32,538 nucleotides of DNA from a virus (Duplodnaviria > Caudoviricetes), in the IMG/VR virus record IMGVR_UViG_3300005805_000015, positions 1 through 32,538 of that record; one strand, written 5' to 3'. The position numbers and the translations under genes were made by a program. The notes under the pieces are model-generated. The model was not told where the DNA came from. It made no database searches and saw only the letters and a program-made list of their open reading frames with translations. Below are positions 19,732 through 27,004 of the stretch, in pieces; the first letter of the stretch is position 1, and each line of letters begins with the position of its first letter.

Positions 19732-20344
19732 CTTAGAAGAAACGTTTACCGAAATATACGAAAAGAACTTATGGCAATCTGCTGAAAGTGTAAGTGGATT
19801 AGGCTCTGAAATGGAATATACAAAATCAGTTAGTAAGGAATTACCTGTGTTATTACAAAAATATGGTATAGAATCTATTTTAGATATCCCATGCGGAGAT
19901 TGGAATTGGATGAAGAACGTTGATTTATGTGGAGCATCTTATATAGGTGCTGACATTGTTAAACCTTTAATTGAAGAAAACAAATCTAAATACCCTAATG
20001 TAGATTTCAGAGTATTAGATATAACTAAAGATGATTTACCTAAAGTTGATTTAGTATTTGTTAGAGATTGTTTAGGACACTTAACAAATGAAAATGTACA
20101 TAAAGCATTAGATAACATAAAAAGAAGTGGGAGTAAATACCTTTTAGCTACATCATTCACACGTTGGATTACCAATACTGATATAAAAGATGGTGGTTGG
20201 AAGTGTATTAATTTACTTGTTGAACCATTTGTTTTGAAACCAATTTACCTTATAAATGAGGAGTTTGAGGTAGGATATCCACACTACAATGATAAATGTA
20301 TGATTTTGTTTCCTATAAACCCTCAATTACAAAACACAATTTAA
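19724..20344 (+). CDS. Class I SAM-dependent methyltransferase
   Basis: F..IY..N.W...ES.SG.GS, ILDIPCGD and DL...RD.L.HL; start ATG 19724. Confidence 0.85.
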   Translation: MHNLEETFTEIYEKNLWQSAESVSGLGSEMEYTKSVSKELPVLLQKYGIESILDIPCGDWNWMKNVDLCGASYIGADIVKPLIEENKSKYPNVDFRVLDITKDDLPKVDLVFVRDCLGHLTNENVHKALDNIKRSGSKYLLATSFTRWITNTDIKDGGWKCINLLVEPFVLKPIYLINEEFEVGYPHYNDKCMILFPINPQLQNTI

Positions 20345-20353
20345 ATGTTAAAT
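20325..20353 (+). promoter_or_regulatory. Putative late promoter of the tape-measure operon
   Basis: AATTAC 20325-20330, N16, GTTAAAT 20347-20353. Confidence 0.7.
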
Positions 20354-20357
20354 GGAC

Positions 20358-20507
20358 ATGATTAAGAATATAATTGATATACTAAACTTGCACCCATTAT
20401 ATGGTGTATCCGAAAATATTGATATTGCCAAAGGTAAATACAAATATCCATCTACTTGGAAAGAGCTAAAAGAGTTCTTAAAAAGAAAATTAAAACGTAA
20501 GAAATAG
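20358..20507 (+). CDS. 49-aa basic protein upstream of the tape measure (missing from the ORF track)
   Basis: MIKNIIDILNLHPLYGVSENIDIAKGKYKYPSTWKELKEFLKRKLKRKK*; fills the gap between the promoter and the tape measure ATG. Confidence 0.7.
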   Translation: MIKNIIDILNLHPLYGVSENIDIAKGKYKYPSTWKELKEFLKRKLKRKK

Positions 20508-20509
20508 CT

Positions 20510-22561
20510 ATGGCCGAAAATACAAGTAGATATAAAACCGAAGTAGAAATAGATGTTGATACAAACATTGAACCTTCTATTAAGCAATTAAAAGAACTTA
20601 AAAAGCAATTGAAAGAAACTGCTGCAGGTTCTGCTGAGTTTAAAAGGATATCCAAAGATATTAAAGATGTTGAGGATGCGTTAGAAGAAGCTAAGGTTGG
20701 TGCTAAATCATTTGCAGACCAATTAGAAGCAGCACCAGGTCCTGTTGGAGCGATTGCAGGTGCATTTAGAAAATTAGAAATTGCAACTAAATCATTTGGT
20801 GCAGCATTTAAAGCAGTTGGTATTGGTTTAATAGTAGCTGCAGTAGGTGGTATAGCGGCTGCATTTAGTAAATCAGAAGAATCAGTAAAGAAGTTTGAAC
20901 CATTAATGATTGGTTTAGAAAAGATTCTTAATGGTGTATTAGAAGCTATAATGCCGTTGATAGATGCATTTATAGAATTAGCAACACAAGCATTACCATA
21001 TGTTAGTAAAGCATTTAGTGTTGTATATTCATCAATTACTGCAGTATTCCAATCATTAGGTAAATTAGGTGGAGCAGTAGTTAAATTACTTAAAGGTGAT
21101 TTCAAAGGTGCATGGAGTGATGCTAAAGAAAGTGTGACTGGATTTAGTAAAAATTACGATAGTGCAATGGATAGATTTGAGACTGGTACTAAAAAGATGA
21201 CCAAGACTCAAAAAGAAAATCTAAAAGAACAAGGTGATGATTTAAAGAAAGCAGCTGAAGAAGCTAAAAAAATTAGAGAGGAAGAACAAAAGGAATTATT
21301 AGATGGACAAAAGGAAGCATTCTTATCATTACTTTCTGAAAGAGAACAAGAAGAATATAAGGTAAATGAACACTATGGTAAACTATTATATCTTGCAACT
21401 AAGTATGGTGATGATACAACTCAATTAAAAGAAGCACAGGCAAAAGCATTAGCTGCAATTGATAAGAAGTATAGAGATGAGGAATTAGAAAAGGCTAAGA
21501 AGATTTTAGATGAAGGTAACAAAGTAGTAAATGATGCTTATGTTGCATCTTTATCATCAAGAGACCAGGAGATATACAATGCAGGATTAAAACAAAACGA
21601 AAGATTACTAGCATTAGAAAAAGCTGGTATCAAGGATACAACAGCAGTATTAGAGCAAGGTAGAGCAGAAATAGCTGCAATTAATAAAAAGTACGATGAT
21701 GAAGATGCTGCTAAATTATTAGCTGCTCAACAAGAAGCTTCTGATAAGAGATTAAGATTATTAGAACTAAATGGACAAACATTAATTGCTGGTACGAGGG
21801 CTTATTATGATAATAGATTAGCACTTATAAATGAATTAGAGAATAGAGAATTAACAGATTTAAAACTTCAGTACGAAAAGAAAAAGATTAGTAAAGAGGA
21901 GTTTGAAGCTGCTCAAACTGATATACAAAAGAAATATTCAGCACAAAGAAAAGATGTAAACACTTCTGAATTAAATGCTTACTTAGGTTATGCATCTAAT
22001 ATACTAAGTGCGGTAAGTAATATCTTTAGTGCTGCTTCTGAAGTAAATAAAATGCAGCAAGAGCAAGACCTTAAAAACGCAAAAGGTAATGCAGTTGAAG
22101 AAGAAAGAATTAGAAAGAAAGCATTTGAACAAAATAAGAAAACACAAATTGCACAAGCTATTATTGGAACATTACAATCTGCAATTCAGGCATATCAATC
22201 ACTTGCAATAATTCCAGTTGTTGGACCTGCTTTAGGTGCGGCTGCAGCGGCTGCGGCATTAATATTTGGATATAAGAAAGTTGCTTTAATTAAAGCACAA
22301 ACATATGAATCACAGGCATCAGGTGCAAGTTCAGCGGCAACGGGTGGTGGTGGAGGTGCATCAATAGCAACACCGAGTGTGGGAGGAACACCAACTCCTG
22401 TAATAGGAGGTACACAAGCGGCAACACCGGGTTCACAAATTGCAGAATCAATTGGAGCAGCGAGCGGAAAGCCATTACGCGCGTACGTCATCTCGGGTGA
22501 GGTGTCAAGCCAGCAGGCCTTGGATAGAAGAACTAACGTTGCAGCAACATTCGGTGGTTAG
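20510..22561 (+). CDS. Tape measure protein
   Basis: Ala/Lys/Glu-rich helical protein with hydrophobic segments and a C-terminal P.RAYV..GEV...Q motif. Confidence 0.8.
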   Translation: MAENTSRYKTEVEIDVDTNIEPSIKQLKELKKQLKETAAGSAEFKRISKDIKDVEDALEEAKVGAKSFADQLEAAPGPVGAIAGAFRKLEIATKSFGAAFKAVGIGLIVAAVGGIAAAFSKSEESVKKFEPLMIGLEKILNGVLEAIMPLIDAFIELATQALPYVSKAFSVVYSSITAVFQSLGKLGGAVVKLLKGDFKGAWSDAKESVTGFSKNYDSAMDRFETGTKKMTKTQKENLKEQGDDLKKAAEEAKKIREEEQKELLDGQKEAFLSLLSEREQEEYKVNEHYGKLLYLATKYGDDTTQLKEAQAKALAAIDKKYRDEELEKAKKILDEGNKVVNDAYVASLSSRDQEIYNAGLKQNERLLALEKAGIKDTTAVLEQGRAEIAAINKKYDDEDAAKLLAAQQEASDKRLRLLELNGQTLIAGTRAYYDNRLALINELENRELTDLKLQYEKKKISKEEFEAAQTDIQKKYSAQRKDVNTSELNAYLGYASNILSAVSNIFSAASEVNKMQQEQDLKNAKGNAVEEERIRKKAFEQNKKTQIAQAIIGTLQSAIQAYQSLAIIPVVGPALGAAAAAAALIFGYKKVALIKAQTYESQASGASSAATGGGGGASIATPSVGGTPTPVIGGTQAATPGSQIAESIGAASGKPLRAYVISGEVSSQQALDRRTNVAATFGG

Positions 22562-22579
22562 AAATATATATGTATATAT

Positions 22580-22608
22580 GATAACAAATCAAAGATAAAT
22601 TGTTAAAT
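22580..22608 (+). promoter_or_regulatory. Putative late promoter of the protease gene
   Basis: GATAAC 22580-22585, N16, GTTAAAT 22602-22608. Confidence 0.65.
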
Positions 22609-22612
22609 GATT

Positions 22613-24055
22613 ATGATAAAAGAAGAATTAGTATATGAACTTAAAATTTTAGATGAGAGCGATGAAGTCTATGCAGTTTCGCTAGTGAGTTCTCCTGCCA
22701 TAGAATTAGGGTGGGTTGCTTTTGATAAAGAAGAAATTAAGTTTGAAAAAGTAGATGAAGAAAAGCAACTAGTTTTAGGTCCTATTCTTATTCCAAACAA
22801 GCGTATCTTGCGTATAGATGGTGAAGGTAATAGTTACCATGTATTCTTAAAGCCAGAAACAATAGAGCAATTAGCACAAAAGTATTTAAAAAACAAATAC
22901 AACGATGCTGTGACTGTTGAGCATGAGAAAAGAATAGATGGTGTAAGTTTAGTAGAGAGTTGGATTACAGAATCAACAACTAAAGATAAATCAGCACTAT
23001 ATGGATTTTCAGTACCGATAGGAACCTGGATGGGAATATTCAAAGTGACAGATGATAAAGTTTGGCAACAAATAAAAGATAAAAAATTCTCAGGCTTCAG
23101 TATAGAAGGTCTTTTTTCTCATTCATTAGTAGCGGCTGCGAAAGTAGAATTAGAACTAATGGAAAAAGATATTGATACTTTAGATGATATAGAAGCAGAA
23201 ATTGTACTAAAAAAGATTAAAGCAGTTATCTCTAAAGATAATCGCTACAATAAAAAAAAAAGAATTGATTTAGAATCTTATTCTGATTATCCTGATTCGG
23301 TTAAGAATAATGCAAAAAGAGCATTAGAATGGGCAGATAAGAATGGTTGGGGTTCTTGCGGAACTCCGGTTGGAAAGCAACGAGCAAACCAGTTAGCCAA
23401 AGGCGAACCTATTTCAGTAGAAACTATTAAGAGAATGTACTCTTATGTTAGTAGACATGAAATAGATTTACAAACATCAAAAACATATTCAGATGGATGT
23501 GGTAAATTGATGATGGATAGCTGGGGGGGCCTTGGTGCTGGTAGATGGGCTAAATCTAAATTAAGAGAGTTAGGATTATTAAACGAACAATCACAACCTT
23601 CTATTCCAGGTTCATCATACGCTGGAGAACCGGCATCTGGTTCAGTATCACCTGCTACATTTGGTGATGTACCTCCTATATTACAAGATTTTCAAGAGTG
23701 TCCTCCAGCAACAAAAAACATTGCATTAAATCTTTATAATAGACACGTAGCTGTTAAACAAGCAAATTATGGACCACTCAATCCCGAAGAACCAAACGAA
23801 GAATATTGGGAAGCAAAAGCAGGACAATTTGAAGGAGATATCCAAAGTGCAAAAAAAGCCCTTTGTGGTAATTGCGCATTCTTTTATAGAACTCCAGAAA
23901 TATTGGAATGTATTGCAGAAGGAATCGGACAAGAAGGCGTAGACCCTTACGATAGTATAGAAGCAGGAGTATTAGGATACTGCGATGCTTTTGATTTTAA
24001 ATGTGCTGCAAGTAGAACCTGCGATGCGTGGGTGACTGGCGGACCAATTGTATAA
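22613..24055 (+). CDS. XkdF-like putative prohead protease with two extra C-terminal domains
   Basis: AVSLV..PAIE, GPILIP.K.I.R, ESWI, P.GTW and GFSIEG motifs. Alternative start at 22607. Confidence 0.75.
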   Translation: MIKEELVYELKILDESDEVYAVSLVSSPAIELGWVAFDKEEIKFEKVDEEKQLVLGPILIPNKRILRIDGEGNSYHVFLKPETIEQLAQKYLKNKYNDAVTVEHEKRIDGVSLVESWITESTTKDKSALYGFSVPIGTWMGIFKVTDDKVWQQIKDKKFSGFSIEGLFSHSLVAAAKVELELMEKDIDTLDDIEAEIVLKKIKAVISKDNRYNKKKRIDLESYSDYPDSVKNNAKRALEWADKNGWGSCGTPVGKQRANQLAKGEPISVETIKRMYSYVSRHEIDLQTSKTYSDGCGKLMMDSWGGLGAGRWAKSKLRELGLLNEQSQPSIPGSSYAGEPASGSVSPATFGDVPPILQDFQECPPATKNIALNLYNRHVAVKQANYGPLNPEEPNEEYWEAKAGQFEGDIQSAKKALCGNCAFFYRTPEILECIAEGIGQEGVDPYDSIEAGVLGYCDAFDFKCAASRTCDAWVTGGPIV

Positions 24056-24059
24056 TAAT

Positions 24060-24383
24060 ATGGATAGTAATAAAGTACTAAATAGAATACTACATTTTCA
24101 AACAAAGCCACAAAGGATTAGTGTTAGAAGATTACGCTCTTTAACATTAACAAATAAGTTTGTACCATTAAAAATATGGGGACAAACAATTGAAGGTGAT
24201 GATTATGATGGTAGAGAAGTATTTACATTTGATGGACCATCTAGAAGTCCAGGCGTACCTTACAACTATAATGCATTAGGTTATATGATATTCTATGATA
24301 TGAAGAAAGGAGATTATAGAACTTTTGTTTATGACCTAATTGATAAGATTGAAATCAATGGCGTAACGTTTCTCGTTGACTAA
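24060..24383 (+). CDS. Hypothetical protein with SH3/WYL-like beta barrel
   Basis: YMIFYDMKKGDYRTF...I.KI.I.G pattern; ATG at 24060. Confidence 0.5.
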   Translation: MDSNKVLNRILHFQTKPQRISVRRLRSLTLTNKFVPLKIWGQTIEGDDYDGREVFTFDGPSRSPGVPYNYNALGYMIFYDMKKGDYRTFVYDLIDKIEINGVTFLVD

Positions 24384-25209
24384 CCCATTCTCTTACTACT
24401 TCATATTCTACACCTAATATACGAGCCATACCCTGCAATCCAAACTTTTTAGAATAGTGTTGGTAATGGGTTTTAATATATTCTTTATCGTTTTCGGTAA
24501 GAAATAACTTTTGTTCAAACTCTGGTTTCTTACCCCATTTTTCATAATAATCTTTAAAGGTTGAAAATTGAGATACAACTTTACTAAGGTGTTTGGTTAT
24601 TAGACCTCTTTGAATACCTGTTTCAGCAGCAATCTCATTCAATATATCTCTACGATTGAAATCAGTTACTAATAAATTATCTTTTATTTTTTGAATTAAA
24701 CATCTACCAAATTCTTTGTGCTTTTCTCTACCAAATAATCTATCAAAGTTTTCTTCCATATACTCCATAAACGAATGGAATAGAGCGGCGTTTAATTCCA
24801 TTTTTTCAACTCTATCGGTTACTACATCCTCTATATCAAACGTATCAGGTAAAGCATCTAAAGAATATGCTTTTAATTTTTTCTTATATGCAATCTGATT
24901 ATGTTGAATATAATAGTTTCTTGCGGTAACTGTTAAGTAACTAAATGCTTTACCTTTACCCACTTTAATCATATGCATTTTTTCTACTAAGAAACACAAA
25001 CAATCTGCCTGTATTTCTTCGGGCGTTAATTCTATGTATGTAGGTTTTATTTTGTTAAACCAAACCTCTGCTACTTTGGATAAAGCTGGATATATGATTC
25101 GGAATAATTTATTTTTCTCAGCAGAATCAGTTGAAAGATTATACTGATGTATCGCATCTTCTACACCTGAATGGAAGTATTGGTTATTAGGAGATTTTTT
25201 TCTAGGCAT
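24355..25209 (-). CDS. Sigma-like transcription factor (T4 gp55-like region 2) with C-terminal HTH
   Basis: E....C..FL.EK.......KGKAFSYLT..ARNY.IQ resembles phage late sigma factors; two HTH-like segments follow. Confidence 0.6.
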   Translation of the reverse strand: MPRKKSPNNQYFHSGVEDAIHQYNLSTDSAEKNKLFRIIYPALSKVAEVWFNKIKPTYIELTPEEIQADCLCFLVEKMHMIKVGKGKAFSYLTVTARNYYIQHNQIAYKKKLKAYSLDALPDTFDIEDVVTDRVEKMELNAALFHSFMEYMEENFDRLFGREKHKEFGRCLIQKIKDNLLVTDFNRRDILNEIAAETGIQRGLITKHLSKVVSQFSTFKDYYEKWGKKPEFEQKLFLTENDKEYIKTHYQHYSKKFGLQGMARILGVEYEVVREWVSQRETLRH

Positions 25210-25226
25210 CTATAACTTGTGTTTGA

Positions 25227-25261
25227 CATTTAACAACATGTCTAATATTAATTGTTAAATG
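25227..25261. promoter_or_regulatory. Interlocked bidirectional phage promoter
   Basis: Perfect inverted repeat CATTTAACAA (25227-25236) / TTGTTAAATG (25252-25261). It reads AACAAC-N16-GTTAAAT on + and AACAAT-N16-GTTAAAT on -. Confidence 0.7.
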
Positions 25262-25292
25262 TAAAGATACAAAAAATATCCCATAAATCAAA
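25262..25292 (-). promoter_or_regulatory. Host-type (Bacteroidota) promoter variant upstream of the sigma-like gene
   Basis: Minus strand TTTG-N19-TATCTTTA, one mismatch to TAnnTTTG. Confidence 0.45.
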
Positions 25293-25302
25293 ATTTAATA
25301 TT

Positions 25303-25608
25303 ATGCCAGTTGATAAACCAAAAGCCGGAGAAACACAAGAAGAATATTTAAAATATTGCATACCTGCAGAAATAAAAGCAGGATACTCACAAGAACAGGC
25401 TAGCGCTATATGTTATCAGACATATCGTTCATCAAAACAAATGAGTGCTCAATCTAAGATTGCATCTAAATTAAGACAAGATTCTTATAAAGGAATCAAC
25501 TTAGCACCTGAAGGTGAAGAAGGCCCTTGTTGGGATGGATACGAACAAATAGGTACAAAGACCTTAGATGGTAGAGAAGTGCCAAATTGCGTACCGATAA
25601 AAGAATAA
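25303..25608 (+). CDS. Small two-module phage protein
   Basis: PK.GE...EY...CI...QA.AICY plus PCW.GYE..G.K...G..VPNCVP; ATG at 25303. Confidence 0.7.
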   Translation: MPVDKPKAGETQEEYLKYCIPAEIKAGYSQEQASAICYQTYRSSKQMSAQSKIASKLRQDSYKGINLAPEGEEGPCWDGYEQIGTKTLDGREVPNCVPIKE

Positions 25609-25624
25609 TATTATATTTATATAC

Positions 25625-25717
25625 TATGTGAGGTATTCTATATTTTATCTAATTGCCATTATATTTCTAATAGTTGTCATACCTCACTAAGCCCGATTAA
25701 TTCGGGCTTTCTTTTGT
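25625..25717 (+). ncRNA. Candidate small RNA or 3'UTR stem-loop with anti-start-codon loop
   Basis: Stem GTGAGGTAT (25628-25636) / ATACCTCAC (25679-25687) encloses TGCCATTATATTT; ends in a terminator. Confidence 0.5.
25689..25717 (+). terminator. Intrinsic terminator
   Basis: AAGCCCGA TTAAT TCGGGCTT followed by TCTTTTGT. Confidence 0.75.
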
Positions 25718-25786
25718 CCTTACCAGACCCAATAGGAACGGTTGCTTGGGGACATCTCCCTATGGGTAAGGTATTTGTATGGGCAC

Positions 25787-25817
25787 AAAAAAAGGAAGGT
25801 GTAACCCTTCCCTTTTC
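25787..25817 (-). terminator. Intrinsic terminator
   Basis: Minus strand GGAAGG GTTACA CCTTCC followed by T7. Confidence 0.8.
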
Positions 25818-25848
25818 GCAAATGTAACATTTATATGGCAGACTAAAA
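25787..25848 (-). ncRNA. Candidate small RNA of about 60 nt
   Basis: Bounded by a consensus host promoter (25854-25885) and a terminator; no ORF between them. Confidence 0.6.
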
Positions 25849-25853
25849 CATTA

Positions 25854-25885
25854 CAAATATACGAAGAATATTTGAGATTACCAAA
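25854..25885 (-). promoter_or_regulatory. Bacteroidota housekeeping-sigma promoter
   Basis: Minus strand TTTG-N20-TATATTTG. Confidence 0.8.
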
Positions 25886-25890
25886 CTTAT

Positions 25891-26361
25891 TTAGATTGTT
25901 ATTTTCAATTTTCTTTTTAGATTTAAACTATCACTAGCTATCTTTGTGTATTTTGCGGCATATTTTCTAGCATCTTTTTCCCACGGAGCATCATAATAAT
26001 CATTATTATACTCTTTACCTTTCCAATATCCTTTTACATTATCTACATCTCCCTTAAATTTTGTCAACCATTTTTTCTTATATTGAATCGCATGTCTCAT
26101 TTCATGTGCTAATGTATCAACAGCTTTTTCTATTGTACAACCTTGCAATGTGTATAAATTTAAAAGTACAGTATTACTTTTATGATTATATACTCCTAAC
26201 AAATTTTGATTATGTTTATATGGTTTTCTTTTCATAATAGCTAAATTGGTTTCTACCCCCAATTTTTTTTGTAAAAATAAGTGACAATCTTTTAAAGTTT
26301 GTACAGCAATTTTATGCTCAACTAATTTAACTCTATCTGAGTAGACGTATTTTTCTTTCAT
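25891..26361 (-). CDS. HExxH zinc metallopeptidase-like protein
   Basis: G.Y.......I.LN, TLAHEMRHAIQY and YY..PWE.DA motifs. Confidence 0.7.
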   Translation of the reverse strand: MKEKYVYSDRVKLVEHKIAVQTLKDCHLFLQKKLGVETNLAIMKRKPYKHNQNLLGVYNHKSNTVLLNLYTLQGCTIEKAVDTLAHEMRHAIQYKKKWLTKFKGDVDNVKGYWKGKEYNNDYYDAPWEKDARKYAAKYTKIASDSLNLKRKLKITI

Positions 26362-26362
26362 A

Positions 26363-26719
26363 TTATTGTTTAAATGAATTCCAATTTGATGTTTTCCAAT
26401 CTTTTTCCTGTCCGCCTAGTTCACTTGCCCAATAGATTTTCCTTTGTTCATTATACCTTTCTAACTTTTGTTTTAATCTATCAGCTATAGCACTCATTAA
26501 TTCTCTACATAAATCTTCAGCAGCTTCTTCTGATAAGCCAAGATACAATTCATCACCTTTTTGAACATGCTTACCTAAATAATGTGTGTTAGTACCATTA
26601 GCACCCAATACAATCATATACTCCATATTACCTGTATTGTAATGTGCATCTAATACGTCAGGAGAACCTAAATGGTGAAAGTCTTGTCTTTCTACTTTTT
26701 TTGTTGCTTTTTTAGCCAT
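26363..26719 (-). CDS. Hypothetical early protein
   Basis: ORF directly downstream of the host-type promoter at 26762-26793. Confidence 0.65.
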   Translation of the reverse strand: MAKKATKKVERQDFHHLGSPDVLDAHYNTGNMEYMIVLGANGTNTHYLGKHVQKGDELYLGLSEEAAEDLCRELMSAIADRLKQKLERYNEQRKIYWASELGGQEKDWKTSNWNSFKQ

Positions 26720-26761
26720 TTGCGTTGCCCGTTAGGGACTTTGTTTTAATTGTTTATATAT

Positions 26762-26793
26762 CAAATATACGAAGTTTTTACCAATTTACCAAA
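26762..26793 (-). promoter_or_regulatory. Bacteroidota housekeeping-sigma promoter (leftward early)
   Basis: Minus strand TTTG-N20-TATATTTG. Confidence 0.8.
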
Positions 26794-26825
26794 CAGTTTT
26801 AGGGTTAATTTTACCCTCAAAAGCG

Positions 26826-26861
26826 TAAGTCATTGATTATCAATGAAAAAAGTTATCCACA
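26826..26861. promoter_or_regulatory. IHF-like site, palindrome and DnaA box between divergent early promoters
   Basis: Minus AATCAATGACTTA (26826-26838) fits WATCAANNNNTTR; TCATTGAT-T-ATCAATGA palindrome 26830-26846; TTATCCACA 26853-26861. Confidence 0.5.
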
Positions 26862-26941
26862 TTTTAACGTTTTATCTAAAATCGTTATATTTATATGTAC
26901 AAAACAAATATTATGGCAAACATACAATAACCCCCCTTTTG

Positions 26942-26973
26942 TTTGTTAATATCAAATATTATTCGTATATTTG
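26942..26973 (+). promoter_or_regulatory. Bacteroidota housekeeping-sigma promoter (rightward early)
   Basis: TTTG 26942-26945, N20, TATATTTG 26966-26973. Confidence 0.8.
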
Positions 26974-27004
26974 TATTACTTTATATAAACTAAAACAAAA
27001 TATA

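Noticed and set aside
19198-20344. DNA methyltransferases or a restriction-modification system
   Set aside because: They lack DPPY/NPPY or PC catalytic motifs, are short, and sit under a late promoter next to a glycosyltransferase.
20348-21105. Minus-strand ORFs opposite the tape measure gene
   Set aside because: Antisense shadows with no promoter or recognisable motif.
26843-27004. N-terminal extension of the replication ORF in the track
   Set aside because: It overlaps the promoter region; ATG 27005 is the better start. Upstream starts at 19153, 19667, 24048 and 25252 were trimmed for similar reasons.
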